Shown here: piece by piece, positions 34,513 to 45,559 of the stretch
Position numbering within the stretch: the stretch's first letter is position 1
How the letters are laid out: the number at the start of each line of letters is the position of its first letter
NCBI GenBank assembly: GCA_046581755.1
Contig: JAYGFR010000103.1
Coordinates: forward strand, 1-64,000
Direction: 5' to 3'
Origin: Nitrospinota bacterium
GTDB lineage: Bacteria; UBA8248
Length of the DNA: 64,000 bases
Made by a program: the position numbers and the translations under genes
Notes under the pieces: model-generated
The model's input: the letters and a program-made list of their open reading frames with translations, nothing else
Told to the model about the DNA's origin: nothing
Database searches by the model: none

Positions 34513-37500
34513 TCCGCCTCATCTCCTCCCGGCGCGGAAGCCGCCGCCGGCTCGCCCGCAAGGCTCCCGGCCTCCCCGTCTTCGGTCTCTATCCCGCTAT
34601 CCATCGCACAGGCCTCGAAGGTTTCGAGGACTTCCATCAGCCGATCGAAATCCGCCTCCCAGTTCCCCTGGATGGCGAGCTGAAAACTGTGGCTGCCGGT
34701 AAACACCATACCCGGTGTGGCCATGAAAACGGCCGACAATTCATAGTCGCCCGGGAAGGCTTTGAGGAACGCCTGTTTCCCTCTCATATGGAAGGTCTTC
34801 AACCCGCAGCGGCGGCAGCGAATCCGGAGCTCTCCCAGCTGAAGGAGGCGCATCGCCCGGAGCGGCACCGGGCCGAAGCGGTCCGACAGTTCCTGCCCGA
34901 TCTCCCGAATCTCCCCGGGCGTGGCGGCCGCGGCGATCCGCCTGTAGATTTCCAGGCGCTCGGCCTGGGCGGGCACCCATACCGGCGGCACCGAACCCGC
35001 CACGGGCACGGTCACATCGGGTTCGCGGAAATCGACCGACCGGCCCCGGGTCTCCTGAAGCACCTCCTCGAGCAGGCGGCAATACATCTCGAAGCCCACC
35101 GCCGATATTTTCCCCGTCTGACGGTGGCCCAGGAGATGGCCCGCCCCGCGAATCTCCAGATCGCGCGCCGCCAGTTTGAACCCCGCGCCGAGTTCGCTCA
35201 ACTCCTCGATCGCTTGGAGGCGCTCGCGGGCATCGTGGGTGAGGGCCTCCCTCCCCGGCACGAGAAGATAGGCATGCGCCTGGAACCGGTCGCGGCCCAC
35301 GCGCCCTCTGAGCTGGTAGAGCTGGGCCATGCCGAAGGTATCGGCGCGGCTGATGAGAATGGTGTTCACGGTGGGGATATCGAGGCCGCTTTCGATGATG
35401 GCCGTGCACAGGAGCACGTCGGCCTTCCTCGAAACGAATTTCTCCATCACGTCCTCCAGCTGCCTCTCTTTCATCTGCCCATGGGCGACGAGAAGCCGCG
35501 CCTCCGGAACCGCGCCCTCGATGAAGCGCGCCATCGCTGGAAGGCTTTGGACCCGGTTATGGACGAAAAACACCTGGCCGCCCCGATCCATCTCCCGGCG
35601 AATGGCCTGGGCGATGACTTTTTTCGAAAATGACGAGATATAGGTGCGCGGGGCCAGGCGGTGGCGCGGGGGAGTCTCGATGGTGCTCAGGTCGCGGGCG
35701 CCCGAAAGGGCCAGCTGGAGCGTGCGCGGAATAGGCGTCGCCGTCAGCGTGAGCACGTCCACGTTGACCCGCATTTTCTTGAATTTTTCCTTGTGCACCA
35801 CGCCGAAGCGGTGCTCCTCATCGACGATCAGCAGTCCCAGGTCCTTGAAGGCGATGTCCTTTTGAAGAAGGCGGTGGGTTCCGATCACGATATCCACCTG
35901 GCCCGAGGCCAGTTCGCGGACCACCTCGGTCTGCTCCTTTTTGGTGCGGAACCGGGAAAGCATCTCGATCCGGACCGGGAGGGATTCGAACCGGGCGTTG
36001 AAGGTCTGCCAATGCTGATGCGCCAGGAGGGTGGTCGGAACCACAAGGGCGACCTGCCGGCCCGACGAGACGGCGCGGGCCGCCGCCCGGAGTGCCACCT
36101 CGGTCTTCCCGTAGCCCACGTCGCCGCACACCAGGCGATCCATCGGCTGGGGCTTTTCCATGTCGGCCAGGACATCGCGAATGGCCCGCTCCTGATCCTT
36201 GGTCTCCTCGAATTCGAATCCCGCCGCCACCTCGGTGTCCCATCCCCCCTCGGCCGGGAACGACATGCCTTCCACGACGCTCCGATCCGAGTAGAGGCGG
36301 ACCAGGTCTCGCGCGATGGACTGGAGGGCTTTTTTCACCCCCCGCTTGCTCTTCGCCCATCGCGTGCCGCCCAGCCTGTCCAGCGGGGGGGCCTGCCCGG
36401 TCCCCCGGTAGATATGGACCCGGTCGATGTCGTCCATCGGGACATAAAGCTTATCGCCGCCGGCATAGGCGATGTGGAGGAACTCATCCTCCCCCTCGGC
36501 GTGTTCGAGCGTCCGCGCGCCCAGATAGCGGCCCACGCCATGATCGATGTGGACGATGTAATCGTCCACCTTCAAATCCTGGAACCCTTCGGCCTTGCGC
36601 CCCTTGGCGGCGCCGTTGCGCGCCCGCCCCAGGGAGCCGGACAGGATGTCGTCAACCCGGAAAAATACCAGCTTCTCGTCCGGGAAGCGGACGCTGGCGC
36701 TCAGCCGCCCCTCGGCGATGACCAATTTTTCGCCCGCCCGGGCCAAATTCGATTCGGCGGGCAAAATCGAAAGGCCGAATCCGCGATCCTTCAGGATCGC
36801 CTGCACGCGCAGCGCCTGCGTCTTGTCCGCCGCGACGATGACCGTGCGCTCCGCGCCGGCGATCCAGCCCTCCAGGCGCTCCACGAAATCTCCGATTCGC
36901 CCCCGGAAGGGCGCCAGCCGCTCGGCGGCCAGGGTAAGGCCCCCATCCTCCCGGCCCTCCTCCGGAGCCGGCAGGTCATCGAGGCCCAGCGGATCGAATT
37001 CGATCAGGGGCCAGAGGGAGAGCGACTCCTCCACCGCCTCGGGCCGGAGCCACATCCGATCCGGATCGAAATGGATGAGACCGCGCTCGGCGGCAAGGGC
37101 AGCTTCCTCCTCCACGTCCGCCCACAACCGCTCCGTGGCCGGGCCGATAGAGCCGGGCTCATGGATCAGCCATATGGCATCCCCCGGCACGGCATCGAAG
37201 AGGGTCCCCATCTCGGGCAGGAAAAAGGAGGCCAAACCCTCTATGCCGGAAAACTGGCCCTCCGCCTCGAGGAGATCGAGCAGGCGCTCCACCCGGCGGG
37301 CCGGTTCGCCTTCCCCCCCCGCCCCCTCCCGGAGGGCGGCCGCCCCCCGCTCTTTGTCCTCGCCGGAAAGAACGAGTTCCCGGGCCGGAAACACCCGTAT
37401 TTCGGGCCGGGTGAGCAGGGTCCGCTGCGTCTGGGGGTGGAACTCACGGAGCGCATCGATCTCATCGCCCTTGAAATCCAGGCGGATGGGGCGCTTTTCC

Positions 37501-38048
37501 TGCGGGGTGAAGAAATCGACGATGCCCCCCCGCACGGCGTATTCGCCCGGCGACTCGACAATCGAGCGCCGGGTATACATCAGCGACTCCAGGCAGCCCA
37601 GGAGGCGATCGCGGTCGATCTCCTCTCCCTCGCGCAGGGTGAAGGCGCCCTCGCGGAGCCGCGCCGGGGGCGGCATCCGGCCGCACAGCGCCTCGGGGGT
37701 GGTGAGAACGATTCCGGCGCCGCCGGAAATCAGGAAATCCAGGGCGGCCATCCGCTCACCCATCATCTCGCTCGAAGGAGAAATCCGTGCGTATGGGTAA
37801 ACGTCCCAGGCCGGAAAGGAGTAAAGGGCGGGGCGCTCGTGTGCACTCGCGTAGCCGAGAAAGAAGCGGAGGTTCGCCTCGATCTGGCTGAGTCGCCTCG
37901 GATCGGCCTCGACGAACACGGCCGGCCTTCGAACCTCGCGGACGAGATTCGAAAGCCACCAGGCGAGGGAGGCTTCATTCGATCCGCGCAGGCGGACCCG
38001 CTGGTTCGCATCGATTCGATCGGCTAGGGAGAGGATCGGGTTCGTCAT
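34509..38048 (-). CDS. mfd: Transcription-repair coupling factor
   Basis: [62 protein letters not shown]. Confidence 0.98.
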   Translation of the reverse strand: MTNPILSLADRIDANQRVRLRGSNEASLAWWLSNLVREVRRPAVFVEADPRRLSQIEANLRFFLGYASAHERPALYSFPAWDVYPYARISPSSEMMGERMAALDFLISGGAGIVLTTPEALCGRMPPPARLREGAFTLREGEEIDRDRLLGCLESLMYTRRSIVESPGEYAVRGGIVDFFTPQEKRPIRLDFKGDEIDALREFHPQTQRTLLTRPEIRVFPARELVLSGEDKERGAAALREGAGGEGEPARRVERLLDLLEAEGQFSGIEGLASFFLPEMGTLFDAVPGDAIWLIHEPGSIGPATERLWADVEEEAALAAERGLIHFDPDRMWLRPEAVEESLSLWPLIEFDPLGLDDLPAPEEGREDGGLTLAAERLAPFRGRIGDFVERLEGWIAGAERTVIVAADKTQALRVQAILKDRGFGLSILPAESNLARAGEKLVIAEGRLSASVRFPDEKLVFFRVDDILSGSLGRARNGAAKGRKAEGFQDLKVDDYIVHIDHGVGRYLGARTLEHAEGEDEFLHIAYAGGDKLYVPMDDIDRVHIYRGTGQAPPLDRLGGTRWAKSKRGVKKALQSIARDLVRLYSDRSVVEGMSFPAEGGWDTEVAAGFEFEETKDQERAIRDVLADMEKPQPMDRLVCGDVGYGKTEVALRAAARAVSSGRQVALVVPTTLLAHQHWQTFNARFESLPVRIEMLSRFRTKKEQTEVVRELASGQVDIVIGTHRLLQKDIAFKDLGLLIVDEEHRFGVVHKEKFKKMRVNVDVLTLTATPIPRTLQLALSGARDLSTIETPPRHRLAPRTYISSFSKKVIAQAIRREMDRGGQVFFVHNRVQSLPAMARFIEGAVPEARLLVAHGQMKERQLEDVMEKFVSRKADVLLCTAIIESGLDIPTVNTILISRADTFGMAQLYQLRGRVGRDRFQAHAYLLVPGREALTHDARERLQAIEELSELGAGFKLAARDLEIRGAGHLLGHRQTGKISAVGFEMYCRLLEEVLQETRGRSVDFREPDVTVPVAGSVPPVWVPAQAERLEIYRRIAAAATPGEIREIGQELSDRFGPVPLRAMRLLQLGELRIRCRRCGLKTFHMRGKQAFLKAFPGDYELSAVFMATPGMVFTGSHSFQLAIQGNWEADFDRLMEVLETFEACAMDSGIETEDGEAGSLAGEPAAASAPGGDEAE

Positions 38049-38121
38049 GTTCCGGGATAAAACTAAAAATGAAATCGATTAATCGGAAATTTTAATCCAG
38101 GCCTCGTCCGAGGCCCGGAAA

Positions 38122-39213
38122 CTACTCTACCGTTCTCAGGGAGGAGGCCTGTTGAAGTTCGATCATCTTTCTTGTGATGACGAACTCGCGCAAGACGTTC
38201 GAAGCCGTTTGCGGAAGAGCGACCGCCGTATCGTTTAGAAAAATTTTTGTCCCGGCGAGGTTGCCCACTGTCAGGACAAACTTGCCGCGCCCCCGCCAGG
38301 TCTTCTGGCTTCCCCCGGCGAGCAGGATCTCGAAGGATTCCTTCGAATCCACCTGGATGCGAAGCCAGGTATCCTCCACCGCCTTGATCGTAAGGCCCAA
38401 CAGCGCCTCTGTTTTCGGCCGAACCGCCGGGGTCTCCACCTTCCCAGGGAGGGACGCCGTGCGGAGGCCGAGGGCGCTGGGGGATGATTTTATATTCGAT
38501 GATTTCAATGACTTGACAGGAACAGGCAGATTCGGTGCGACCCGGGTGGAACGGGGCCCGGCGGGCTTGGCGCTCCCACTCACTTTCGTTGCCCCGGGAA
38601 ATTTCCGGGCGTTCGGTTTTCCGCCGATGCCACCTCTCTGGGAGGAAATTTTGGGCGCCGCCGCCGTTCGGCCGGCGCCCGCGCCAGCCTTCGTGGAACG
38701 GCCTTTCGATGAGCCGTTCAATTTTCTCAATTCCTTGATGGCGGGCTGAGCGACCGCCTTGATCCGATCGGTGAACCCGCCCAGCTTTCCGAATTGCGCG
38801 GTCTTGCCTTTGACGAACCACAAAAAAGCGCCGCTCCCGAGAATGAACAAAACCACCACGGCGATCGGAAGAAGCAGCTTGCTTCGTTTCGGAAAAGCAA
38901 CGGGAGAGAACCGGATCTTTACCGCAAGCTTGTCGTCGATGTCATCGGAGCGGACGCCAACGGTATTGTTGTAATACTGAACAACGTGATCCGCATCCAC
39001 GCCGATATGGGTGGCATAGGCACGAATGAAGCCGCGGCAAATCGGAACGCCGGGGAGGTCCCCGAACTCCTCGGCTTCAATCTTCTCGATATAGAAGGTT
39101 CGCACACGCGTACTGCTGGCAACATCCGCAATGGAAGTTCCCCGCTCTTCGCGCTCGCGCCTCAGGTAGGCGCCGAGGCCCGCATCTTCGATTGACAAAT
39201 TCCACTCCGCCAT
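38122..39213 (-). CDS. rodZ: RodZ-like protein (HTH, TM, DUF4115)
   Basis: LGAYLRRERE...RGFIRAYA, one TM helix, C-terminal TWLRIQVD...LTVGNLAG. Confidence 0.85.
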   Translation of the reverse strand: MAEWNLSIEDAGLGAYLRREREERGTSIADVASSTRVRTFYIEKIEAEEFGDLPGVPICRGFIRAYATHIGVDADHVVQYYNNTVGVRSDDIDDKLAVKIRFSPVAFPKRSKLLLPIAVVVLFILGSGAFLWFVKGKTAQFGKLGGFTDRIKAVAQPAIKELRKLNGSSKGRSTKAGAGAGRTAAAPKISSQRGGIGGKPNARKFPGATKVSGSAKPAGPRSTRVAPNLPVPVKSLKSSNIKSSPSALGLRTASLPGKVETPAVRPKTEALLGLTIKAVEDTWLRIQVDSKESFEILLAGGSQKTWRGRGKFVLTVGNLAGTKIFLNDTAVALPQTASNVLREFVITRKMIELQQASSLRTVE

Positions 39214-39276
39214 CGCCCATCCACCCGCCCCTGCTCGGGCAAGGATAATAAAAAAAAGCTAAACATAAGAAAAACA

Positions 39277-39305
39277 AATATATAGGTATTCAAAGCAATG
39301 GTCAA
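39277..39305 (-). promoter_or_regulatory. sigma70-type promoter for rodZ-mfd
   Basis: TTGACC-N17-TATATT in AT-rich intergenic DNA. Confidence 0.6.
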
Positions 39306-39374
39306 CGTTTAAATGATCCGTGGAATACCTTTTTTTTATGGGGCAAAACAGGGGGGATTCGCTTCTGCGGGCCT

Positions 39375-40265
39375 CTAACAGAGCATGAATTCTCGTAACA
39401 GAGTGTGAATTCCCGGCGAAACGTCCAGGATGCCGGGGGATTCCCCGGTGGTGGGCCATTTTGATAACCCTTTACCCCACAACAAGATAGGGACTTTATT
39501 GGTTGTGTGGGATGAAATGCTCATATCCTCGATATTGCCGTGGTCGCTGCTGAGGACAAATGTGTCCCGGGCCGGGTCGAGTTCCGCCACGGCGGCACCC
39601 AGGAAGCGGTTCAGCGGCCCGAGAACCTCCAGCGCATCCTCGAATGTCCCTCGGTGACCGGCTATATCTGTCTGAAAAAACTCATATACGAGCAAATCGC
39701 GCGCCCTGGTCATCCGGCCGAGCCGGGCGCCCGCCTCCTCGGGCGAGATTTCCTCGATCTCCAGGCCGGATTCAATGAGGTAACGGTTGGTGAATTCCCG
39801 GTAGACGGCCTCGCCGCGCCGAAGGTGTTCCAGGCGCTTGAGCGGAATCCCCGAGCTCTCGGCCATCACGGTCGTCACCGAGCGGTGGCGGGTTCTCCCG
39901 CGTGAAAAAAAGGCGGGCGTGTAGGCGTTGGCGAAATCCACGTGCGCTCCCCGCTCGCGGGCTTTTCGAAGCAGGCCATCGCGCGCGATGAGCTCCCGGA
40001 GCGCGGCGTTCGGATAGCCCTGCAGGTGGTCCCCCACCAGCGCCGGGGCGTTCCGGCCCGTAAAGAGGGAAGCGCCTCCGGTCGCGCTCTGCGGAGTGCC
40101 GGGCACACCGAGACAGGCATCGGCGGAGATCAGACCAAAGCCCGCCGGGAGGGGGGCGTTTCCGCCGAGGCCGGAGAGCGGCCCCTCATCGAGCGCGGCG
40201 AGCGGGTTGTGCGGCCCCGGGGGGGCGAGCCCCATCCCATCGACGAAAACGAAAAGGATCGCCAA
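39375..40265 (-). CDS. Metalloenzyme (phosphoglycerate mutase / alkaline phosphatase superfamily)
   Basis: FVFVDGMG, PQSATG, TDIAGH, SSDHGNIED, HTTNKVP. Confidence 0.85.
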   Translation of the reverse strand: MAILFVFVDGMGLAPPGPHNPLAALDEGPLSGLGGNAPLPAGFGLISADACLGVPGTPQSATGGASLFTGRNAPALVGDHLQGYPNAALRELIARDGLLRKARERGAHVDFANAYTPAFFSRGRTRHRSVTTVMAESSGIPLKRLEHLRRGEAVYREFTNRYLIESGLEIEEISPEEAGARLGRMTRARDLLVYEFFQTDIAGHRGTFEDALEVLGPLNRFLGAAVAELDPARDTFVLSSDHGNIEDMSISSHTTNKVPILLWGKGLSKWPTTGESPGILDVSPGIHTLLREFMLC

Positions 40266-40266
40266 C

Positions 40267-41283
40267 TTAGAGCGTTCGGCCCGCGGCCTTCGCGAAGGGA
40301 GCGAGGTCTTTCATAAGCTGCGCGAAATTCTTGGGCTTGAGCGACTGGGGCCCATCCGACATGGCGGAGGCGGGGTCGGGATGAATCTCGATCATGAGCC
40401 CGTCCGCGCCCACGGCGACGGCGGCCTTCGACAGAGCAGGCACGAACCGCCAGACCCCCGCGGCGTGGCTCGGGTCCACCATCACCGGAAGATGGGTCTG
40501 CTCCTTCAATACGGGCACCGCGCTGATGTCGAGCGTATTGCGCAGCGCCGTCTCGAAGGTCCGGATGCCCCGTTCGCAGAGGATCACGTTGGGATTCCCC
40601 TGGCTCATGACGTATTCGGCCGACATGAGATATTCCTCGATCGTGGTGGAAAGGCCGCGCTTGAGGAAAATCGCTTTTTTCAGCTTCCCCACCTTTTTCA
40701 GCAGGGAAAAATTTTGCACGTTCCGCGCCCCGATCTGGAGAATGTCGGCATAGTCCGCGACCAGGTCGATATCCTCGGTGTCCATCACCTCGGTCTGGAT
40801 GGGCAGGCTGGTCCGGTCGCGCGCCTCGGCCAGGAGCTTGAGCCCCTCCTCGGCCATTCCCTGAAAACTGTAGGGAGAGGTCCGGGGCTTGAAGGCGCCA
40901 CCCCGGAGCACATGCCCGCCGCCGGCCTTGACCGCATCGGCCGAGGCGAAAATCTGCTCCCGGCTCTCGACCGAACAAGGCCCCGCCACGACGACGAGTT
41001 GGGGGCCGCCGAACTTGACGCCGTTCACGTCTACCACAGTGCGCTCGGGGCGCCCCTCGTTGCTCGCCAGTTGATAGGGCTTCAAAACGGGCATGACGTT
41101 CTCCACGCCCGCCAGCACCCTCAGCGCCTCCTCCATGTTCTTGCCCCGCTCATCGCCCAGGGCGGCGATCACGGTGCGCTCGACCCCGCGCATGACGTGC
41201 TCGGTGCAGCCCAGCTCCTTGACCCGTTTGATGGCCCCCTCGATTTCTTTCTCGGTGGCCCTTTCTTTCATTACGACAATCAT
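40267..41283 (-). CDS. aroF: DAHP synthase type I-beta with N-terminal regulatory domain
   Basis: [54 protein letters not shown]. Confidence 0.96.
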   Translation of the reverse strand: MIVVMKERATEKEIEGAIKRVKELGCTEHVMRGVERTVIAALGDERGKNMEEALRVLAGVENVMPVLKPYQLASNEGRPERTVVDVNGVKFGGPQLVVVAGPCSVESREQIFASADAVKAGGGHVLRGGAFKPRTSPYSFQGMAEEGLKLLAEARDRTSLPIQTEVMDTEDIDLVADYADILQIGARNVQNFSLLKKVGKLKKAIFLKRGLSTTIEEYLMSAEYVMSQGNPNVILCERGIRTFETALRNTLDISAVPVLKEQTHLPVMVDPSHAAGVWRFVPALSKAAVAVGADGLMIEIHPDPASAMSDGPQSLKPKNFAQLMKDLAPFAKAAGRTL

Positions 41284-41315
41284 CGTCTTCTCTCCTTGCG
41301 ATGAGATTTGAGATC

Positions 41316-41347
41316 AAAAAAAATCGCCACGGGCCGGGCCCCGTGGC
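41316..41347 (-). terminator. Attenuator terminator upstream of aroF
   Basis: GCCACGGG-GCCCGG-CCCGTGGC-GA-T8 on the minus strand, about 30 nt before the aroF start. Confidence 0.85.
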
Positions 41348-41410
41348 TGATTGAATAATTTGCGTCGCCGGGGCGGATCGGCATGTCCCCCCGCCGCCGC
41401 CCGGGGTGGA

Positions 41411-41500
41411 TCAACCGGAGCCGGCGCGCGGGCGGACGGGGGTAAAGCCGAAATAGAATCGCCCCCTCCACCATCCAGCCTGAACCGGCATCTCGCGCAT
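41411..41500 (-). CDS. Aromatic-rich attenuation leader peptide (29 aa)
   Basis: MREMPVQAGWWRGRFYFGFTPVRPRAGSG*, located between the promoter and the terminator upstream of aroF. Confidence 0.8.
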   Translation of the reverse strand: MREMPVQAGWWRGRFYFGFTPVRPRAGSG

Positions 41501-41540
41501 GACCCAAAACCCCTTCAAAAACCGTCCGAAACGAGGCTGA

Positions 41541-41569
41541 AACCTACCTCCGCCCGCCCCGCCCGTCAA
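41541..41569 (-). promoter_or_regulatory. sigma70-type promoter of the aroF leader
   Basis: TTGACG-N17-TAGGTT, 40 nt upstream of the leader ATG. Confidence 0.65.
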
Positions 41570-41606
41570 GCCGGGAAGCGGGCCAGGGACCCGCTCCGGA
41601 CCCTTA

Positions 41607-42764
41607 TTAAGAGACCCTTCGGAGCCGCCGCCGATTCTTACCACTGGGGCGGAGCGCCTCTCCGCCGAGGACGACGCATACCGCTTCGAGCATCCGCCCG
41701 CCCCGCCGATGGGCACCCTCCGAGTCGGTGAACCGGAACCTCCCCTCCCTCATCCGCAGCACCGCCACATCCCCCCGCGCGCCGGGCCGGAGGGTTCCGA
41801 TCTCGCCCTCCATCCCGAGCCAAGCCGCCGCCGTCTGGGTGCTCAGGCGCACCACCTGGCCGAGCGAAAAGCCCAGCGCCAGGAACTTGCTCATCAGGTT
41901 CGGAAAATCATAGACGGGCCCGTCGATGCAATGGGTGTGAAGATCCGTGCTCAGGTTGCCGGGCATGAGCCCCTGGGCCATCGCGGCATCGAGCGTATCG
42001 AAACTGAAACTCGCCCGCCCGTGGGCAACGTCGAGGAGGATTCCCCGGTCCCGCGCCTCCCATACCGCCCGGCGGACCCGCCCCCGCCGATCGAGGATGC
42101 CCTCGGCCCTTCCGTGAAAGGCGTGGGTGAGGACATCGCCCGGGCGGAGCTTTTTGAGGATCTTGGGCAGCGAGTCGGGCGTGTCGCCCACATGCACCAT
42201 GAGAGGCACCCTCAGGGCCCTTGAGGCATCGAGGGCGGCATCGAGCGGCCTGCCCCCGCTGCGCTCGACCACGTTCCGGCTCAGGCGGACTTTCATGCCG
42301 AGGAGAATGTCCCGGTTCCTCCCATAACACTCCACCGCGTCCTCCACCCGGAGCGCCCGCATGTCCACGTTCTCCCCCAGCCCGTCGATGAGGAGGCCGC
42401 CCGCCGAGATGTTGAGAAACGCGCGAGTGGTCATCCGCGCCGGATCGAGGAATCCGCTCCTGAAAGTGGAGAACGTCTGGGAGCCCGCGCTGCCGGTGTC
42501 CACCGCCGCCGTCACCCCGCGCGCGAGCATGGACGCCTCGAGGTTCATCCCGTAGTGGCTCACCCCCTCGAAGAAATGACAGTGCAAATCGACGAGACCG
42601 GGCGTGACGATCCGCCCCCGCGCGTTCAGCGTGGGCCTTCCGCGCGGCTCGATGCGGGGCGCGATGCGGCGGACGCAGCCCGCGCGAATCTCCACGTCCA
42701 TCGTCCCCTCGAGGTCCTGGGAGGGATCGACCACATAGCCGCCTCGAATGATCAGATCGGACAC
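41607..42764 (-). CDS. Amidohydrolase/deacetylase-family metallohydrolase (EF_0837-like)
   Basis: LIIRGGYVVDP, PGLVDLHCH, VDTGSAG, GMKVR, LMVHVG, LTHAF, DVAHGRASFSF, STDLH. Confidence 0.88.
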   Translation of the reverse strand: MSDLIIRGGYVVDPSQDLEGTMDVEIRAGCVRRIAPRIEPRGRPTLNARGRIVTPGLVDLHCHFFEGVSHYGMNLEASMLARGVTAAVDTGSAGSQTFSTFRSGFLDPARMTTRAFLNISAGGLLIDGLGENVDMRALRVEDAVECYGRNRDILLGMKVRLSRNVVERSGGRPLDAALDASRALRVPLMVHVGDTPDSLPKILKKLRPGDVLTHAFHGRAEGILDRRGRVRRAVWEARDRGILLDVAHGRASFSFDTLDAAMAQGLMPGNLSTDLHTHCIDGPVYDFPNLMSKFLALGFSLGQVVRLSTQTAAAWLGMEGEIGTLRPGARGDVAVLRMREGRFRFTDSEGAHRRGGRMLEAVCVVLGGEALRPSGKNRRRLRRVS

Positions 42765-42951
42765 GGCACACTCCCCCGGTTCGAATTTCCGGCTCTGGAA
42801 ATCGCCACTTTGAAACCCGCCGTTTTTGTAGATCCCCACAAAGCCTACTTCGCCTCCCGGCGCCGGGCAAACCCGTCCGCCCGCATTGACAGTGCGAAGC
42901 TCCCCGGAGGAACATGGCTCCCAATCCATTTCCTTTTCGACGGAGCGAGAA

Positions 42952-44124
42952 ATGACGCCGCAGACCGAAACCCCCCTGCCCTTCGACCTCACCGAGCCCC
43001 AGCAAATGCTCCGCAAGATGGTGCGCGAACTGACCGAGCGCCACATCGCTCCCCGGGCCGCCGAGATCGACGAGCGGGACGAATACCCCGAGGACATCTA
43101 CCAGCTCCTCAAGGATCACGGGCTCCTTGGCATATTCTTTCCCGAGGAATACGGCGGCGGGGGCATGGGGTTTTTCGGCGGCTGCATCGCCGTCGAGGAG
43201 ATCGCCCGCTTCTGCTCGAACAGCCTCATCCCCATCGTCCTCAACATGCTCGCGAGCCGCGTCATCGACCTGAGCGGAACCGAGGAGCAGAAAAAACACT
43301 ACATGACCGGTCTCGCCAAGGGCGAGCTCCGGGGCTCCTACGCCCTCACCGAGCCCCATGCCGGCTCCGACGCCGGGAACATCCGCACCCGCGCTGACCT
43401 CGAGGGGGAGGAATGGGTGATCAACGGGCAAAAGGCCTTCTGCACCGGCCCCGACAAGGCGGACTTCATCACCGTGGCCGCCAAGACGGACCCCTCGGCG
43501 GGAACGCGGGGGATCACCTACTTCATCGTGCCCACCGACACCCCCGGCTTCAGCGTCGGCCGCCACGAGCGGAAGATGGGCATGCGGGGCGTTTCCACCT
43601 GCGAGCTGATTTTCGAGAACGTGGCCATCCCCAAGGAGAACCAGGTCGGCGAGGTGAACCGGGGCTTCAAGACCGCCATGATCGGTTTTAACCAGATGCG
43701 CCCGGTCATCGGCGCGCGCGCGGTGGGCCTGGCCCAGGGCTGCCTCGACTACTCCCTCGGCTACGCCAAGGAGCGCGAGGCCTTCGGGGTACCCATCGCC
43801 CAGCACCAGGCCGTCCAGTTCATGCTCGCCGACATGTTCCTCGACATCGAGGCCGCGCGGCTGCTCGTCTACCGGGCGGCGGCGCTGGTGGACGCGGGGA
43901 AGATCGGAAAAGAGAACGCCCGCTACTTCTCGGCCGCCAAGACCTTCGCCGCCGACATGGCCATGAAGGTGGCCATCGACAGCATCCAGGTCCTCGGCGG
44001 GGCGGGCTACATGAAAGACCACCCGCTCGAGCGCTTCATGCGCGACGCCAAACAGATTCAAATCGTCGAGGGCACCAGCCAGATTCAGCGCATCATCATC
44101 GCCCGCAACCTGCTGGACTTGTGA
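42952..44124 (+). CDS. Acyl-CoA dehydrogenase
   Basis: YALTEPHAGSD, WVINGQKAF, KMGMRG, QVLGGAGY, RDAKQIQIVEGTSQIQR. Confidence 0.95.
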   Translation: MTPQTETPLPFDLTEPQQMLRKMVRELTERHIAPRAAEIDERDEYPEDIYQLLKDHGLLGIFFPEEYGGGGMGFFGGCIAVEEIARFCSNSLIPIVLNMLASRVIDLSGTEEQKKHYMTGLAKGELRGSYALTEPHAGSDAGNIRTRADLEGEEWVINGQKAFCTGPDKADFITVAAKTDPSAGTRGITYFIVPTDTPGFSVGRHERKMGMRGVSTCELIFENVAIPKENQVGEVNRGFKTAMIGFNQMRPVIGARAVGLAQGCLDYSLGYAKEREAFGVPIAQHQAVQFMLADMFLDIEAARLLVYRAAALVDAGKIGKENARYFSAAKTFAADMAMKVAIDSIQVLGGAGYMKDHPLERFMRDAKQIQIVEGTSQIQRIIIARNLLDL

Positions 44125-44153
44125 CCGGTACGGCGTTTTCTCTCTCCGCCTCG

Positions 44154-44183
44154 TTGCCCCGGGTTTCCCCTCCGTGCTAGATT
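44154..44183 (+). promoter_or_regulatory. Candidate promoter for the ridA-yqeB cluster
   Basis: TTGCCC-N18-TAGATT with a TG extended -10 element. Confidence 0.35.
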
Positions 44184-44290
44184 CCCACTCGGATATCGTT
44201 CGGCGGGCGGGCCCTCTCCGGCCCCTTTCCGATCCGCCGCCGCTGGCCGGCGGCTTTGCTTTCAACGAATCTATACTCGGGGGAATCGGG

Positions 44291-44683
44291 GTGCCCAAAG
44301 AGCAAATCGTCCCGGAAACGGTAAAACCCGTCGCGGCCTATTCCACCGGATTCAAGGTCTCGGGCGGGAGCCTCATCATGCTCGCGGGCATGGTCTCGGC
44401 CGACACCGAGGGCAACACGGTCGGCGAGGGCGACATCGGCGCCCAGACCCAGAAGGTGTTCGACAATATCCGGGAAACGCTCGAGGCCGCCGGCGCGGGC
44501 TTGAAGGACATCATCCGCCTCACGGTCTACCTGACCGACCGGGCGGACTTTCCGGGCCACATGAAAGTGCGCTCGGGGCTCCTCACCGAGCCCTACCCGG
44601 CGAGCACCCTGCTGATCATCAGCGGCCTCGCCAGGCCCGAGTGGCTTGTCGAGATCGATACCGTCGCCTTCATCGAGGATTAA
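44291..44683 (+). CDS. RidA/YjgF-family protein
   Basis: AYSTG, GDIGAQT, LTVYLTD, YPASTLL, LARPEWLVEID. Confidence 0.88.
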   Translation: MPKEQIVPETVKPVAAYSTGFKVSGGSLIMLAGMVSADTEGNTVGEGDIGAQTQKVFDNIRETLEAAGAGLKDIIRLTVYLTDRADFPGHMKVRSGLLTEPYPASTLLIISGLARPEWLVEIDTVAFIED

Positions 44684-44692
44684 CCGCAGGCC

Positions 44693-45559
44693 ATGAACGC
44701 TCAGAGCCAGGACCGCTCCCCGCGCGAGGCCCTCGTCATCGTCAAGGGCGCAGGCGATCTCGCCACCGGCATCATTCACCGCCTGTGGCGGAGCGGGTTT
44801 CCGGTCATCGCCACCGAGATTGAAAACCCCACCATGGTGCGGCGGACGGTCTCTTTCGCCGAGTGTCTCTACGCGGGGCGCCACACCGTCGAAGGCGTGG
44901 CGACCGAGCGCGCTGAGGGCGCCACGGTGGCCGAGAAACTCGCGTCCGCCAGAAAACTCCTCGATACGGGAACCCTGCCCGTCGTCATCGACCCGGGCGC
45001 GGAGATCGTCCCCCTCGCGCGGCCGGCCGCCCTGGTGGACGCCATCATCGCCAAGCGGAACCTGGGGACCCGGATCGATCAGGCCGAGGCGGTGATCGGA
45101 ATTGGGCCCGGCTTTACCGCCGGGGTGGACGCGCACGCCGTCATCGAGACCGCCCGCGGGCACGATATCGGCCGGGTCATCCTCGATGGAGGGGCCGAGC
45201 CCAACACGGGCGTTCCGGGCCCGATCGGGGGCTACACGGTGGAGCGGCTTTTGCGCGCTCCGGCGGCGGGCGCCTTCGAGCCGCGCACGGCCATCGGCGA
45301 TGCGGTCCGGGCGGGCGATGTCGTTGCGGTGGTGGGCGGCGCCGAGGTGAAGGCCGGGATCGACGGGGTTCTCAGGGGGCTTCTCCGCGAGGGAATCGAG
45401 GTCACCGAAGGTTTTAAGGTGGGCGACGTGGACCCGCGCGCGAAGACCTCGCACTGCCATACGATATCGGATAAATCGCGCGCCATCGGGGGCGGAGCTC
45501 TCGAGGCCATCATGATGTTTCTTTTTGGGGTGGAAACCGCCGCGGAGCAAACGCATTGA
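44693..45559 (+). CDS. yqeB: Selenium-dependent molybdenum hydroxylase system protein YqeB (EF2563 family)
   Basis: VKGAGDLATG, PTMVRRTVSFAE, VDAIIAKRNLGT, IGIGPGFTAG, IETARGHDIGRV, KVGDVDPR, ISDKSRAIGGG. Confidence 0.92.
   Translation: MNAQSQDRSPREALVIVKGAGDLATGIIHRLWRSGFPVIATEIENPTMVRRTVSFAECLYAGRHTVEGVATERAEGATVAEKLASARKLLDTGTLPVVIDPGAEIVPLARPAALVDAIIAKRNLGTRIDQAEAVIGIGPGFTAGVDAHAVIETARGHDIGRVILDGGAEPNTGVPGPIGGYTVERLLRAPAAGAFEPRTAIGDAVRAGDVVAVVGGAEVKAGIDGVLRGLLREGIEVTEGFKVGDVDPRAKTSHCHTISDKSRAIGGGALEAIMMFLFGVETAAEQTH

Noticed and set aside
42780..42830. Weak 15-bp periodicity upstream of the amidohydrolase, and a 21-bp duplication in the AlkA-like gene (~13990-14035)
   Set aside because: Too short or degenerate to support a function; probably slippage products.
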